Of a DNA stretch of 64,000 nucleotides, positions 31,190 through 42,252 are shown one piece after another. The notes beneath the pieces are model-generated. The model was not told where the DNA came from. It saw only the letters and a program-made list of their open reading frames with translations, and did not search any database. This DNA comes from Andalucia godoyi And28. Lineage: Eukaryota; Protista; Jakobida. The first letter of the stretch is position 1. Each line of letters starts with the position of its first letter. The stretch covers positions 138,892-202,891 of the forward strand of contig VRVR01000037.1 in NCBI GenBank assembly GCA_009859145.1. Direction: 5' to 3'. The position numbers and the translations under genes are program-made.

Positions 31190-33232
31190 TTAGACAGCAG
31201 ACCCATGACTCGAAATGTCGGATCCAGCAGAGTAGCTGGATCTGAGAGAATCCACGTCATTGTCAGAACCAGCAGCATCATGACTACTAGATCCTCGAAA
31301 ATAAGCATCGTCGCCGTCGTCGCCGTCGTCGTGGTCGTGGTCATCATCACCACCACCACCATCACCAACAACCGGGCTACCATCGTCCGACAAGACCGGA
31401 TACTCGCGCGATACTCGCCCACTCAGCGACGGTGGACCACCCGATTTCTTCAGATCCCACCCAAGTAATGTCAAGGACTCCAAAGACTTGTGTGCGTTCT
31501 TCAAATCATTCGAGCTCACACTTCTCCACAACTGTCTTTCGAAGAATGAAACGAGTTCATCTTTTGCAGAACTTGCGACACGCAAACTGCTCGAAAAGCC
31601 AGGCCGCTTCTTCGCCCGAATTTCCGAGGGAAGCGTGTCATTGCAAGGGCTGGACAAAGATGTACAATCCACAATGATTTTAGCAACTTGCAACGAAATA
31701 TCGTTCTGCCGAGTTCGGAATCGATCGAGGACCTCGAGGACGTTTTGGCGCTCGTGCAACACGAACGGACAGGAGGAAACAACAAAGAACGTCGATGACA
31801 AATGCATTGTACGGCAAAACGCCTGCAGCGACTCTCGCAGCTTCAGGATTGCGGCCGAATCTTTGCAAAGCGCCAACTCCAGAGGAGCAACAACAGTGTG
31901 AACCCGAAGAGAGGACTGCTCTAGAACAGCAGGATACACGAGGTTTTGAACGATTTCAACAACTTTCTGAACCCCCCAGGTTTCATTGAATCCCGCGCAC
32001 ATTGTGCACGCAGATTGGATGCTGGACACCCACTCCACAAGCCGCAGAACAACAACAGGGCCATACTCAACAAACGCAACAAAGGATCTTCCAACGACGT
32101 TCGCAGAGCAAGAATAGGACCTCACAGACTCCACAATGCTTTGTATCAGTTCCAGCCTGGCAGACAGCGATAGTTTGAGAATCAGGACTTTGTGACGGCT
32201 CCACAATCGGAAAAGAGGGCTTCCATACGTCAAGAGTTCGGGAATGACTTCAGGGCGACGACGGATTGTCAACAACTCTGCTTCAGCTGATGCAGACGAC
32301 TCCCGGAAGAACGTCCACGTGGCGTCTGTCAACACAACTTGGATGCCATGCTGGCTCGTAGAACTTTGACGGTCATTGAAACGGAGAGCATGCACCACAT
32401 CGCAGCACTCCTTGATGGAGTGCTTCACAGTTTCAAGAGTACAGAACATTCCGTCCAGAACATTCGGAATGTTCAAGCCTGCAAGATCCGTCATCTCCAG
32501 CGAAAATGACGCGCAAATGACGAGGGAAACAGAGCAAGCGCCGGCAAACATGGTAGTCAGTTCCATCAATTCTGTCATCCACGCGTTGCACAGCCGCCAA
32601 GGCAAACAAACATGAATGCGGCGAGCGCTCTCTGCATCGCCTTCTGTGGCAACGAAATCCTCCAATTCCCGCTCAATCTCAACAAATCCGAGTTCGCGGA
32701 ACACAATCTCATTGAGGGCATCGTGATCCCAAAACAACGTTTCAAAGGTCGTCTGCCGATTGCATTCCAGTAAGCACGCCACCTTATCATGAGACTTTTG
32801 CAGCAAGCTCAATTCACCCTCTTGTGTTCTGCCTTGTTGGACCGCATGCTCAATCCGACTTTGAGATGCACTGATCTCGGTTTGAGCAGCCTTCCCCTGA
32901 TCCTCCAGCAATCTTGCGCTGTTCTCCAGAACCGCAATTTCCTGTTCAATCTGCCACAGTTGCTTCTGCACGTCACGTGCTTCCTCAACCAGCTGTTTTT
33001 GTAGTTCTTCCTTTTCAGCCAAGCAAGACTGGAGATCTTGCACTGTGCGATCGATTGATCTCGTCAAGATTGCTCGTGCGCGCATTTGTTCCGCATGTTT
33101 GGATCGAAGTTGAGACAATTCCAGTGCATTCTGAGTGATTTGAGGATCCAGCCGGGCGATCTTGGATGCGATCGAACTTGCACATCGAGAAAGTCGATCA
33201 TGAGAAACCCACGACGGACGCAGAATATCCAT
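31190..33232 (-). CDS. Hypothetical protein: N-terminal coiled coil, acidic low-complexity tail
   Basis: About 680-aa ORF with heptads (LQSCLAEKEELQKQL…) and a G/D/H-rich C-terminus; no family recognised. Confidence 0.7.
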   Translation of the reverse strand: MDILRPSWVSHDRLSRCASSIASKIARLDPQITQNALELSQLRSKHAEQMRARAILTRSIDRTVQDLQSCLAEKEELQKQLVEEARDVQKQLWQIEQEIAVLENSARLLEDQGKAAQTEISASQSRIEHAVQQGRTQEGELSLLQKSHDKVACLLECNRQTTFETLFWDHDALNEIVFRELGFVEIERELEDFVATEGDAESARRIHVCLPWRLCNAWMTELMELTTMFAGACSVSLVICASFSLEMTDLAGLNIPNVLDGMFCTLETVKHSIKECCDVVHALRFNDRQSSTSQHGIQVVLTDATWTFFRESSASAEAELLTIRRRPEVIPELLTYGSPLFRLWSRHKVLILKLSLSARLELIQSIVESVRSYSCSANVVGRSFVAFVEYGPVVVLRLVEWVSSIQSACTMCAGFNETWGVQKVVEIVQNLVYPAVLEQSSLRVHTVVAPLELALCKDSAAILKLRESLQAFCRTMHLSSTFFVVSSCPFVLHERQNVLEVLDRFRTRQNDISLQVAKIIVDCTSLSSPCNDTLPSEIRAKKRPGFSSSLRVASSAKDELVSFFERQLWRSVSSNDLKNAHKSLESLTLLGWDLKKSGGPPSLSGRVSREYPVLSDDGSPVVGDGGGGDDDHDHDDGDDGDDAYFRGSSSHDAAGSDNDVDSLRSSYSAGSDISSHGSAV

Positions 33233-33401
33233 CCTTTCGACACGCGCGCACACGCACACTCCTTCTTTCAATGCACGGTGTCTCAACTAGGATTCAGGTG
33301 CGGGTGTGAGTGTCGAAACCACAAAAGATGCTGGTCACTCTCGCCCCACCTCTCCTGAACTTGGCGGCAGATTTCCCTGGAATTCCCCCCAGAAGCCGAT
33401 G

Positions 33402-34140
33402 CCGTTGAATAATGACACGTCATTATCATGCACACGGAAGTATCCATAAACAGACATGGTCAATACTGGCCGACACCAGCATGTTTGGTTTCACGGGAAT
33501 TCGTGCTTACGCGCGCTCGGCCAAAATTCAGCCGGTGACACAGGCTCTGCATTTTCGATACTCTTTAAGGCAGCATCCATAGCCATCTATTCTATCATTC
33601 GTTGGTTTCACTTTTTTTGGTTTCACTTTTATAATTCAAATATGGGCGTGAGTGCGCTGGGATGACGCATTCGCCTACCGCCGAGTCGCACCGCACTGCC
33701 AAGAGGCGAACTTCCAAGACCCGATGATCTCCAATCCCAGCACTCACGGTAGCCAACCCCAAGCAGAAGCCTCAGGGACCGTCTCTTGCAGAACTCGTGG
33801 TTTTCTGCTGCGATGCACCAGGCGCAGTCAAAGTCGCAAAACCCCACCGTCTTCCTCTCGTATCTCCAGTTGCATCAGTCGCTGCAACTGAGGACACGAA
33901 AGCGCCTGCTGCTAGGGCCGTCAGCATCAAAATGCACCCTTCTCAGGAACAACGTGTCACGCTGCGAAAGTGGCTCACCGATTGATCGAGATTGGGAACG
34001 GAGCGCGGAACATCTATCGAAGAACGCCGTGAGGCGTGTTGGGGCCTACGCGCTTCCAGGCAACAGGATGCAAGATTGAATATGCATGCCCATTCGTAGA
34101 TATGCATGCTCGGTGTATAATGGCAGACGAGCACCCCAGC
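33402..34140 (+). mobile_element. Decayed interspersed element, copy 2 (TnpB/Fanzor-like)
   Basis: Homologous to 11298-11862. One frame from ATG 33662 reads MTHSPT…*…AARAVSIKMHPSQEQRVTLRKWL; it has about 220 bp of middle sequence not shared with copy 1. Confidence 0.7.
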
Positions 34141-34472
34141 GACTGCGCTTGCCATGCCCACTTGATGCAAGCCTTTGCTCTTGCGTCTTTTCACTTCTCC
34201 GTCGTGTTTTTGTTCCCGATAGGCGGTGCCTGCGAATTAGTGCGTGCGATCCTTCAGGGAAACAGAGCAAGGAAGCAATCTGGAAAATAGAAGGAATCTA
34301 TCCATTCTCCTTCCACTGATCCGCCACCCTTTTCCACCATCACCACTTTTCGTTTCACAGCTCGAGATCCTGAAGCAATCCCACATTCACGCATTCATTC
34401 GATCATTTCTTTCATCCTGGCTCCTTCTTCTTCTCTCTCTCCCTCTTTTTCTTGTTTTGGGGGTAACAAGCG

Positions 34473-36317
34473 ATGAGGGGTGATAGTCAATCGAGTGCGA
34501 TGAGTAGTCCCTTGCTGAACGATGCAGATTACATACGATCGCCGAAATCTGGCGATGTCGAGACGCCTGCCGAGGCCGCATGGTACGACGGGCAGCGGCC
34601 ACAACAGCGCGTCCACGACCTCCATCAACGACGTCAAAGTGTCGCGGCTTCTGATCCATCGGCGCTAAAGTGTTCTGGCGCAGCTGCAGCCCCGAATCCG
34701 GTTTCCATTGCAGATGCCTACGTCTCTTTTCACTCTGGCATATTCATTCGAGAGTTTCTGTACAATTTTCTGATTCCTTTTGCGATCCCAGTCATCTATG
34801 TTTTTGAAGGCTGGTACAGTCTGATGAATCGCCTGCTTTGGGTTTCGTCTCGAGTTCCTGGTTCTGCGATATTCTTCACTCAACAGCTGGCTTTCTTTGG
34901 ATTGCTAATTGCTTGTGATACGCTCTACTTTTACAACACCACAAACAAGAAGACTGGAAAAGTGGAGTACTCTGAATCCACAGTCTCATTCATTGAAATC
35001 GTAATTGTGAATCTATTGTACCTGATCCGAGTCGCCACAATTGCTTGCAAGTACGCCTACCAGCCTCGGTCCTTTTGGAAGAGGTTCAACTCGGGGCTGC
35101 TAAGCGCAAACGATGCGCAGGACTTGCTGTTGGCGGTTGGCTGGTTCCAACTGCGGCCACAGTTGATGATCCGTCAACTGTACTTCACGGAAGCCCGTAC
35201 CGGAATTGATCTTTCGTCGTCGTACTTGGTGTTCCGCTCCGACACCCAAAACTTGGCCGTCGTTTCGCAAGTCAGTCCCGAGCAGCAGATTGCAATTGAC
35301 AATGAACTCTTGCGGGTGCCGTACGAGAAGAAAAGGTTGCATGCACGAGAAGTTGCTTGGCTGTGTCTTGCAGCAGCAGCCTCTCGAGTTAATGTTTCTC
35401 GTATTCGTGTCGCAGCAATGACGGTTACCGTCATTCATTCTTTTCTGCCCTGCCTGTTTAGACTGATCACGTATGGGACGTTCTTTGGCGAAAATCGATT
35501 TGACATCTCCGTTGTGGTGATTGGGATCGTTCTTTCGCTGTTTTTCATGTATGTTGACGTGCTCTTCTTGGCATGTTCTGCCGTGGACATGTACCGCCGT
35601 GCAAAGAGTCTTGGGCATTTGACAACAGTGACGAATCACATTGCTCAAGATGCGTCTCCAATGAACTGGAGAGTGTGGATCGCCATTCGCCGTATTCTGG
35701 TAGATTTCGGACGCCAGTATCTTTCGCGGCTCTGTTGGTTCCTGGGCATGTTCCTTGTATTTCTGTTCATTTTGCTTCTATACATGGTGATCACCCTCTA
35801 CAATGCGACGGATCTTTCGCAGATTGATTCCATTGCAATTGGAATAGTCGCCTTTGACAGTCTTGTCTTTTCAATCATCATGATGGTTGTGGTTGTGAAT
35901 GGAGCATCTGCAAACCAAATGTGCATTGCGCACCAGTCCAAGCTACGAAGCATTCAGCTCGAACTCGCAAGCGGCGGTGGAATCGATAATGAAATGCACC
36001 AGCATGAAATTGATGCTGTGGAGCCGGAGCTGCGGAAGACAACAGGCTCTTTCAAGGACATGTCGAGGAGTTCGGCGTTCGAATCAGCAGACAAGCGAGA
36101 TCTGGACCTTGAGTGCATCCGGGCGATTGAAGCTTTATGCCAGGCGGTCAGCACCGAGCAGGAGCTGAATCCAATCAGTATCCTTGGGATTCAAGCAGGT
36201 TACCCTTTTGCGCGATTCCTCATGACCGCAGTTGGGGGCATCTTTGCAGCTTCCATCCAGCAATACATCCGTCTCATCCGGCAGGACAGTTCATCTAACA
36301 CCGCAAAAACAGACTAG
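34473..36317 (+). CDS. Multi-pass membrane protein, gustatory-receptor-like (7TMIC) candidate
   Basis: About 7-8 hydrophobic helices, a long helical loop before the last TM, and a C-terminal PISILG…IFAASIQQY with GR TM7-like spacing. Confidence 0.5.
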   Translation: MRGDSQSSAMSSPLLNDADYIRSPKSGDVETPAEAAWYDGQRPQQRVHDLHQRRQSVAASDPSALKCSGAAAAPNPVSIADAYVSFHSGIFIREFLYNFLIPFAIPVIYVFEGWYSLMNRLLWVSSRVPGSAIFFTQQLAFFGLLIACDTLYFYNTTNKKTGKVEYSESTVSFIEIVIVNLLYLIRVATIACKYAYQPRSFWKRFNSGLLSANDAQDLLLAVGWFQLRPQLMIRQLYFTEARTGIDLSSSYLVFRSDTQNLAVVSQVSPEQQIAIDNELLRVPYEKKRLHAREVAWLCLAAAASRVNVSRIRVAAMTVTVIHSFLPCLFRLITYGTFFGENRFDISVVVIGIVLSLFFMYVDVLFLACSAVDMYRRAKSLGHLTTVTNHIAQDASPMNWRVWIAIRRILVDFGRQYLSRLCWFLGMFLVFLFILLLYMVITLYNATDLSQIDSIAIGIVAFDSLVFSIIMMVVVVNGASANQMCIAHQSKLRSIQLELASGGGIDNEMHQHEIDAVEPELRKTTGSFKDMSRSSAFESADKRDLDLECIRAIEALCQAVSTEQELNPISILGIQAGYPFARFLMTAVGGIFAASIQQYIRLIRQDSSSNTAKTD

Positions 36318-36400
36318 ATGTGATGTGTTGATTGCCTTCTGCCTTCTTTCTCACCCTACTTCTCCATCTGCCTGCCCACCATGCAGCTCGCATACTGGAT

Positions 36401-36883
36401 TCAATCCTTTCGTTCAAGGTGTGTGTAGCTGGGATTCTGTCCGAGTAAATGAATCGTTTGACCGACTTCTTCCAGTTCACTTTTCAACCTGGCCTGCATA
36501 TCACGGACCAACTGCAACTTGCCTTCCAATTCCGCTGATTTCGCAACAATTTCGCGATCAACTTCGTCAAACCGTGTTGTTGGCGGCAGCGCGTCAATTG
36601 CTTCACGAACCGAAGCGACTGTCTGGCCAATCAGCGCGGACCACACTGCAACCGGATCATCGCGGATTTTCCTATGAATCGCCTCCAAGTCCGATGAATC
36701 TGCAACGAGCTTCGCAGCAACGTCAGCAATGGACGGAGGCGGCACGGGATTCGAAGTCGGAAAACACAAATGTCGGATTGCATAAGACAGGTGAAAAGAG
36801 AGATGAGACAGCGTAAGCTGCGCATTGGTCACTGCATCTTCAGCGGGCTGTCGCCTCTGGGCACTCGAATCATCCGAACTCAT
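36401..36883 (-). CDS. MED21: Mediator subunit Med21 (Srb7)-like
   Basis: DAVTNAQLTLSHL…YAIRHL, ALIGQTVASVREAIDALP and a C-terminal coiled coil match the Med21 pattern and size. Confidence 0.6.
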   Translation of the reverse strand: MSSDDSSAQRRQPAEDAVTNAQLTLSHLSFHLSYAIRHLCFPTSNPVPPPSIADVAAKLVADSSDLEAIHRKIRDDPVAVWSALIGQTVASVREAIDALPPTTRFDEVDREIVAKSAELEGKLQLVRDMQARLKSELEEVGQTIHLLGQNPSYTHLERKD

Positions 36884-37694
36884 TCTTGATACTCAGTTGT
36901 CCTCAGTTTTCCAGCCGTTTCAGAACACTCACTCACACACTCGCTCACATATATACAGAGAGAGACACAGGCTGACCGATCGAGAGAGAAATGCATGGTG
37001 AACCTTGCAGCCTTTTTTTTTTGGAGCTTCTGGGAAACAGGGGCAATCGAAAATTGTCGATACTGCGGATCTTCCTTGTGCACGGACGCTTGCACCCCAG
37101 AACAACAGAAGGATGACAGCGTTCCAATGCTAATCAGTGTTGATCAGTACTGGCCACACTCACCTCACTTTTCATGAGGTTTATGTTTACAACTCCCTAC
37201 ACGAGAAGGGCCGAGGCAGCCATCGCGGACTTCGATTAAAGCAAAGGCGCTCAATATGACGGAATAATGCTTCAGATATATCTTTTCGAGAACCAAAACC
37301 AACTGCGATCCATTTCGAACTCCAAAATGTTTGTACTCCTCATTTACTTCATCGTGAACCACAACATCTTCGTATTCAGCAGCTTTGGTTATCAGATGCT
37401 GACGAAAACGTCGTATGCGGTTAGGGTGATTCAGAAATGGACAGAACAAAAATCTTTTAGTTTTTTTTTTCAACATCAGTCGAGTATCCTTTGTTTGGCC
37501 TGTTCGCAAAGGCTTTCTCAATTTAGTAGGGAAAAGTCTCCCGGGACCTTTTCAATCTTTGGCGGGGTAAGTCAGTTTATTATGGTACAGTGATAGCCAA
37601 TCATAATAGCAGTTGTGGGTTAACAACATAGGTTTTGAGGGTACGGCAAACAGAAAAGGAAAGGAAAGGAAAGAAAAAAAGGGGAGAAGAAAAC

Positions 37695-40286
37695 CTAACA
37701 TCGTGATCCAGCGACGATTGGGATGCGGTCCGAACCCGAAAGGCGAGATGGGGTGTGCGAAGATGAAAGCGAAGAAGAAAGCGAAGAAGACCGTCTGAAC
37801 CATTCGTCGTGAAGGGCATCCATATCGACCTCTTCGCCGTTCTGCAGAACTGCTGCAATGCGTTCCATGAAGAACCGCCCCTTGTCAGTGCTCGCACTGA
37901 TGCCTGCAATGCGAACCATCTGTTTCGCAATGACCGAGTAGTCAGTCAGCACGTGCGCCGACACTTGCTCGAACATTGCCAGCTCCCCACGAGTGAACGG
38001 ATGCTGCAGTAGCTCGGGAATCGTTGGGCGCATGTCCGGATCGCGCTGCAAGCATTTCCTCAGAATATCTAAATGCAAAGGATGCAGTTTCTGTCCGTCA
38101 GCTTCTTCCGGGAACGAGATGGGATGCTTGTCATCGGTTATTGCTTGAATTCTCTGGACCATGGTGGACAGATGTGCAAACGGGGGTCTACCGTACGTCA
38201 TCTGATACAAGATGCAGCCAAGGCTCCAGACATCCGAAGGACGACCCTGCTTCGACTTGGATATCGACTCGGGAGACATATAGTTGATCGTTCCCACTTG
38301 GTTTTCTCGGTGCACATTCGTTGTACCAGCAGAAATAGTCTCCGCGATTCCAAAGTCGATGAGCTTCAGTTGTCCGGACACGATTAAAAAGTTCGAGGGC
38401 TTCAAATCCGCATGCACAATGCGCTCATTGTGAACCGTTTGAACGGACTCGAGCATCGCTTGCCAGTACAGCCTCCTGAAATTCTCGGTCCTCGAACCTT
38501 GCTTCTGAAGCAGCTGCGCCAGATCCGTCTCTCCGAATTCCAGAACCATGTACAGTATTGCATTGTCCACCACTTCGTGGTCCACCAGCTGCACAATGTT
38601 ATCTTTGCCCCGGAGTTTCAGCAGCAACATGACTTCGTTCCTGAACGATTCGACAGAATGCGGATCCAAATTGGTCAGCTTGACTCTCTTCAAAGCGTAA
38701 ATCTTCCTGTCGATAGGATTGAGAACCTTGAACACCTTGCAGGATCCTCCCTTGCCCACACATTCCAAGCGGATATATGTCACTCCGTGTACGACAATCT
38801 GTTCGTTGGTTCCAAACATGACTTGCCCGGATGCTTGCAGATTGTGCTGTGCCACTGGAGCTTGCACAGGGAGGGCATTTTGCGCGAATGCCAGTGCACG
38901 ATGCGTGGCAGGGGCAACGGGGGCCAGAGGCACGTTCTTTCGAGGAGAAGGGTCCATGACATTTTCTCTGTCCACAAAGGGCTGTGTTGGTTGCGCGATC
39001 GGCGCCAGCGCAGGTCTGTGAAAGGTGCTGTGTGGGACATGTGAGATGGCCTGCATAGGATTCTGGCCGCTCTGGGGAGCTGCGGCCGGTGAGTGGTGAT
39101 GGGTCTGCGTCGGACCACCTGTTGTCGAAGGAGTCGTTGTCGGCAGGGCGTCTCGAAGGACATCCAGTGATTGAAGAGGCACTCTTCTCTTTGGAGTTTT
39201 GACGTCAGCAACAGTTCCTTTGCTTACCATTGGAGTCGGGGCCATGTTGGAGGAAAGATGCACGGAAAGCGCGCGGGAAAACTTCACATGCCGTTGTGGA
39301 GTTGGTTGATTTTCCTTGTCTTCCATGGTAGCATCTCCGTCCCCGTCTCCACGTCCATTTCTGTTTCTATTTCTAACTTCGTCTCCATTTCTGTCCGCGT
39401 GCCGCCGCACGTCGTTCTCCCTGGACTCTTCCCAGTGCTCACTGTGAAGGTGTGCGGCGTTTTCCATTGTAACAGTCGGAGCTGTTGCCAATGACGTTGA
39501 CACAGTGGCTGTGTGATACGACGGTGTAGCGAGTGGTCGTGTTGCCAACGACGGTTTTGCAGGAGTTGTGAGACCCTCGTCCTCATCCTCATCATCATTC
39601 TCTTCTGTTTCCTTCTTTGTTTTTGCAGGCCCCAAAATCCCGAGTCTCTTGGGGACGAACCTCTTTGCTAGAAGTGAAGCACCGAGTTTTCCTTGCCCAA
39701 GTGAAATCGCAAGTTGCTCCGTCAGCCCGTCTTTCGCAGCCGCTGGAGCGCTTCCTTTGGACTGTACTTTCTGAAACTGCGCTGGAGGTTGGAGTGTAAC
39801 CGACCTTGGAATAAGAACTGTGTCTTCTTCCGTGGTTGAACCATGTTTCGCTTGCAATCCATTCAGAGGCTTTGTGGCTGACTTGGGCATGATGACGACT
39901 TCGGTTCGTTCAGGATCCGTCGCACTCCTGATCTTCATCCCAGCGTCCAAATCAAGTTTGATCCCCTTTTCTTGGGCACGATTCACAATCTGCAGGGCCT
40001 TTTCAGGATTATCATGCTTTTCTTCGAACCGTATCCATGCAGTGTAGAAAACGGGGTCTTCCGAGCCTATTCGTTCAGTTCGCATCGTTTTGTAGACTTG
40101 CCTAGCATCTTCCTCTCCTCTGTACTTTTCCACAAGTGCAGCTCTCGAGAGCCACAAACCCACAAATCGCGGATCCGATTTGAATTCGGATACTGAAAGT
40201 GCATTCAGCGATGCCTCCAACGCTTTCAAATCGTTCGAGTTTCGGGAAAAAGATGAGACGGCACAAGACAAGGCATCCGTTTCCAT
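37695..40286 (-). CDS. MPS1: Mps1/TTK dual-specificity kinase
   Basis: VGKGGSCKVFKV, YALKRV, FRNEVMLL, IVHADLKPSNFL, LKLIDFGIA, ENQVGTINYMSPE, SDVWSLGCILYQMTYGRPPF; N-terminal TPR-like domain. Confidence 0.9.
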   Translation of the reverse strand: METDALSCAVSSFSRNSNDLKALEASLNALSVSEFKSDPRFVGLWLSRAALVEKYRGEEDARQVYKTMRTERIGSEDPVFYTAWIRFEEKHDNPEKALQIVNRAQEKGIKLDLDAGMKIRSATDPERTEVVIMPKSATKPLNGLQAKHGSTTEEDTVLIPRSVTLQPPAQFQKVQSKGSAPAAAKDGLTEQLAISLGQGKLGASLLAKRFVPKRLGILGPAKTKKETEENDDEDEDEGLTTPAKPSLATRPLATPSYHTATVSTSLATAPTVTMENAAHLHSEHWEESRENDVRRHADRNGDEVRNRNRNGRGDGDGDATMEDKENQPTPQRHVKFSRALSVHLSSNMAPTPMVSKGTVADVKTPKRRVPLQSLDVLRDALPTTTPSTTGGPTQTHHHSPAAAPQSGQNPMQAISHVPHSTFHRPALAPIAQPTQPFVDRENVMDPSPRKNVPLAPVAPATHRALAFAQNALPVQAPVAQHNLQASGQVMFGTNEQIVVHGVTYIRLECVGKGGSCKVFKVLNPIDRKIYALKRVKLTNLDPHSVESFRNEVMLLLKLRGKDNIVQLVDHEVVDNAILYMVLEFGETDLAQLLQKQGSRTENFRRLYWQAMLESVQTVHNERIVHADLKPSNFLIVSGQLKLIDFGIAETISAGTTNVHRENQVGTINYMSPESISKSKQGRPSDVWSLGCILYQMTYGRPPFAHLSTMVQRIQAITDDKHPISFPEEADGQKLHPLHLDILRKCLQRDPDMRPTIPELLQHPFTRGELAMFEQVSAHVLTDYSVIAKQMVRIAGISASTDKGRFFMERIAAVLQNGEEVDMDALHDEWFRRSSSLSSSLSSSHTPSRLSGSDRIPIVAGSRC

Positions 40287-40308
40287 GATTCTTATAGTTT
40301 AAATACCA

Positions 40309-40338
40309 ATAATGATAATGATAATGATAATGATAATG
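40309..40338 (+). repeat. (ATAATG)5 microsatellite upstream of MPS1
   Basis: Read directly. Confidence 0.9.
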
Positions 40339-40817
40339 ATGATAATAATAATCAACGAACCCACACACACGCACGCACGCACGCGAGATTCAAACTCTCT
40401 CTAACTCTCCACAAAAAAAGTATAATAAAAACGATCTCCACCCTGATCAAAGCCAGACAGCGGGCAACAAGCGAACAGAGTTCAACGCAAGGAAAAAACA
40501 CGCTCTCTTCCTGCGTTATCTTGCAATGGTAAAAAAAGGAGCCGTTAAAACAGTAAGCATCACTTGATTCACCAGAGTGCGTGCTGCCTTTGGTTTGTCC
40601 ACGTGTCCTGAATTTTCCCCGTCGAAAATCCCGAGCATCAATTGCAGTTTACACAAGCATCAAACCAGTGCTTTTTCCTTCTTGCAGAGGCTTTCAATTA
40701 TAACTATTTTTCTTCTTTGCTTTTGTTTGGGTTTTGGTTTTTGGGTTTCCTTTTCTTTGCTGTTCTTTTCCTTCTCGTTTGAACCTTCGCTTCTCGCTTT
40801 TAATCCTCAAAGAAGAA

Positions 40818-41009
40818 ATGGCAGCTGGTCTTCGATCTCGTGGAACGCGCAGTGGGCAGCAGGTCCTTACGACTGGTTCAGGAATGTTCCGGACGGGACA
40901 TGGATCCGATAATGTCGAAGGTCTCAAAGTCGCTCCCATGCATGTCGTTGTCTTTGCAGCATCGCTTATCCTTGTTGTGGTTCTTTCCCATCTTTTCATC
41001 CGACGCTAG
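40818..41009 (+). CDS. SEC61B: Sec61 translocon beta subunit
   Basis: 63 aa; DNVEGLKVAPMHVVVFAASLILVVVLSHLF, single C-terminal TM. Confidence 0.85.
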   Translation: MAAGLRSRGTRSGQQVLTTGSGMFRTGHGSDNVEGLKVAPMHVVVFAASLILVVVLSHLFIRR

Positions 41010-41040
41010 TCCACTTCCGCTAGTCATATTGTGTCGCTGC

Positions 41041-41088
41041 GTGTCTGCGTGTCTGCGTGTCTGCGTGTCTGCGTGTCGGCGTGTCTGC
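41041..41088 (+). repeat. (GTGTCTGC)6 tandem repeat 3' of SEC61B
   Basis: Five perfect units and one variant (GTGTCGGC). Confidence 0.9.
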
Positions 41089-41370
41089 GAGCGTATCTCT
41101 GGGTCTGTGAGCGTGTCTCTGTGAATGTGTATGTATGGGCAACGTCTCTCTTCATGTGTCTGTTTATGATTATTAAAAAAAGATTTAAAAAAAAAAAAAA
41201 GAAGGAGAGAAAAAAGAAACAGGTTATCTGTTTTCCATTTACCCCTTTTCTTTACTATCTGTTGTTGCTCTTGTCGATGTCGATATCGATGTCGATGTTA
41301 TTTGCAGTGGTTGGGGTAGTATTTACAGAGTGGAATGTACAGGGATGGGGATTCTTAGAATAGGTTTGAT

Positions 41371-41904
41371 TCACGGTGTTCCCAGGAGTGGAGGGGAGGA
41401 TGATGGTAGTGGGAACAGTGATGGGGGTGGCGCTGGAGGAGAATCTGGAAATGTGATTTCCTGCAGTTCTCGCTTTGCGCACAGTGCTTCTCCGATGAGA
41501 ACCATGGTTACAGCGGCTCCAATCAGAGCAGCCCACCACGCCACGGAGACACCGGGGCCCAGTGTGAAGGATGCCGCAAGAATCGACGCAGTGGCGTAAT
41601 GGATTCCAAAGCACGTAACAGTGAAATCAAGGCACTGCTTAGTCTTCTGGACAAGATAAAAGAGAAGCGCAGAGCCGGGAATCGCCGATATGCAGAGAGC
41701 AACCGCGGCGATCCAAGTCGTGTTTGTCCCCGTGGACGATGGGCCTGCATCAGCGTCTACCGAACCGGGAAACACAAACGACAGAGACGGCTCTGTGGAC
41801 GTTACGAGACACAGAAGTTCGACAAGAACACACAGCACACACCAAAAGCACGACTGAAGACACACAATCTGCGATACCACGTAAACGGGATCAAATATTC
41901 TCAT
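41371..41904 (-). CDS. SYS1: Golgi membrane protein SYS1
   Basis: FDPVYVVSQIVCLQ, LVQKTKQCLDFTVT, WW…GEALCAKRELQEI. Confidence 0.85.
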   Translation of the reverse strand: MRIFDPVYVVSQIVCLQSCFWCVLCVLVELLCLVTSTEPSLSFVFPGSVDADAGPSSTGTNTTWIAAVALCISAIPGSALLFYLVQKTKQCLDFTVTCFGIHYATASILAASFTLGPGVSVAWWAALIGAAVTMVLIGEALCAKRELQEITFPDSPPAPPPSLFPLPSSSPPLLGTP

Positions 41905-42252
41905 CAGTTCCTTCTTTCGTTGTGACCTCGTCCTCTCGCATTCATCTGCACTAACCTCTCATAAAAATAAGGGAACCAGGAAACGATCGTCTTGCTCGCC
42001 GTCTCGAATCTCAACTCTTTGGGTACACAAAGAGACTTTGCAGTTCAAAAAAAGATGGGAAACTATCAAGGCAAACCAAAGCCAAACACAAACACAAAAA
42101 CAGAAAGAACAACAATAAATAAATAAATAAAAAAACCGACTGAGCCTTTCTCCTACGGTTCGAGTTTCTTCATCGGTTCAGTCTCCTGTGTGACTGCGTC
42201 CTGCGGTGGGTTCTGGTCAACAGATAAAGATCCATCGTAACGGAAATAGCAC

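Noticed and set aside
37165-37593. Overlapping ~110-aa ORFs downstream of MPS1
   Set aside because: Partly AT-tract-derived, with no recognisable motif or clear start; cannot be supported as a gene.
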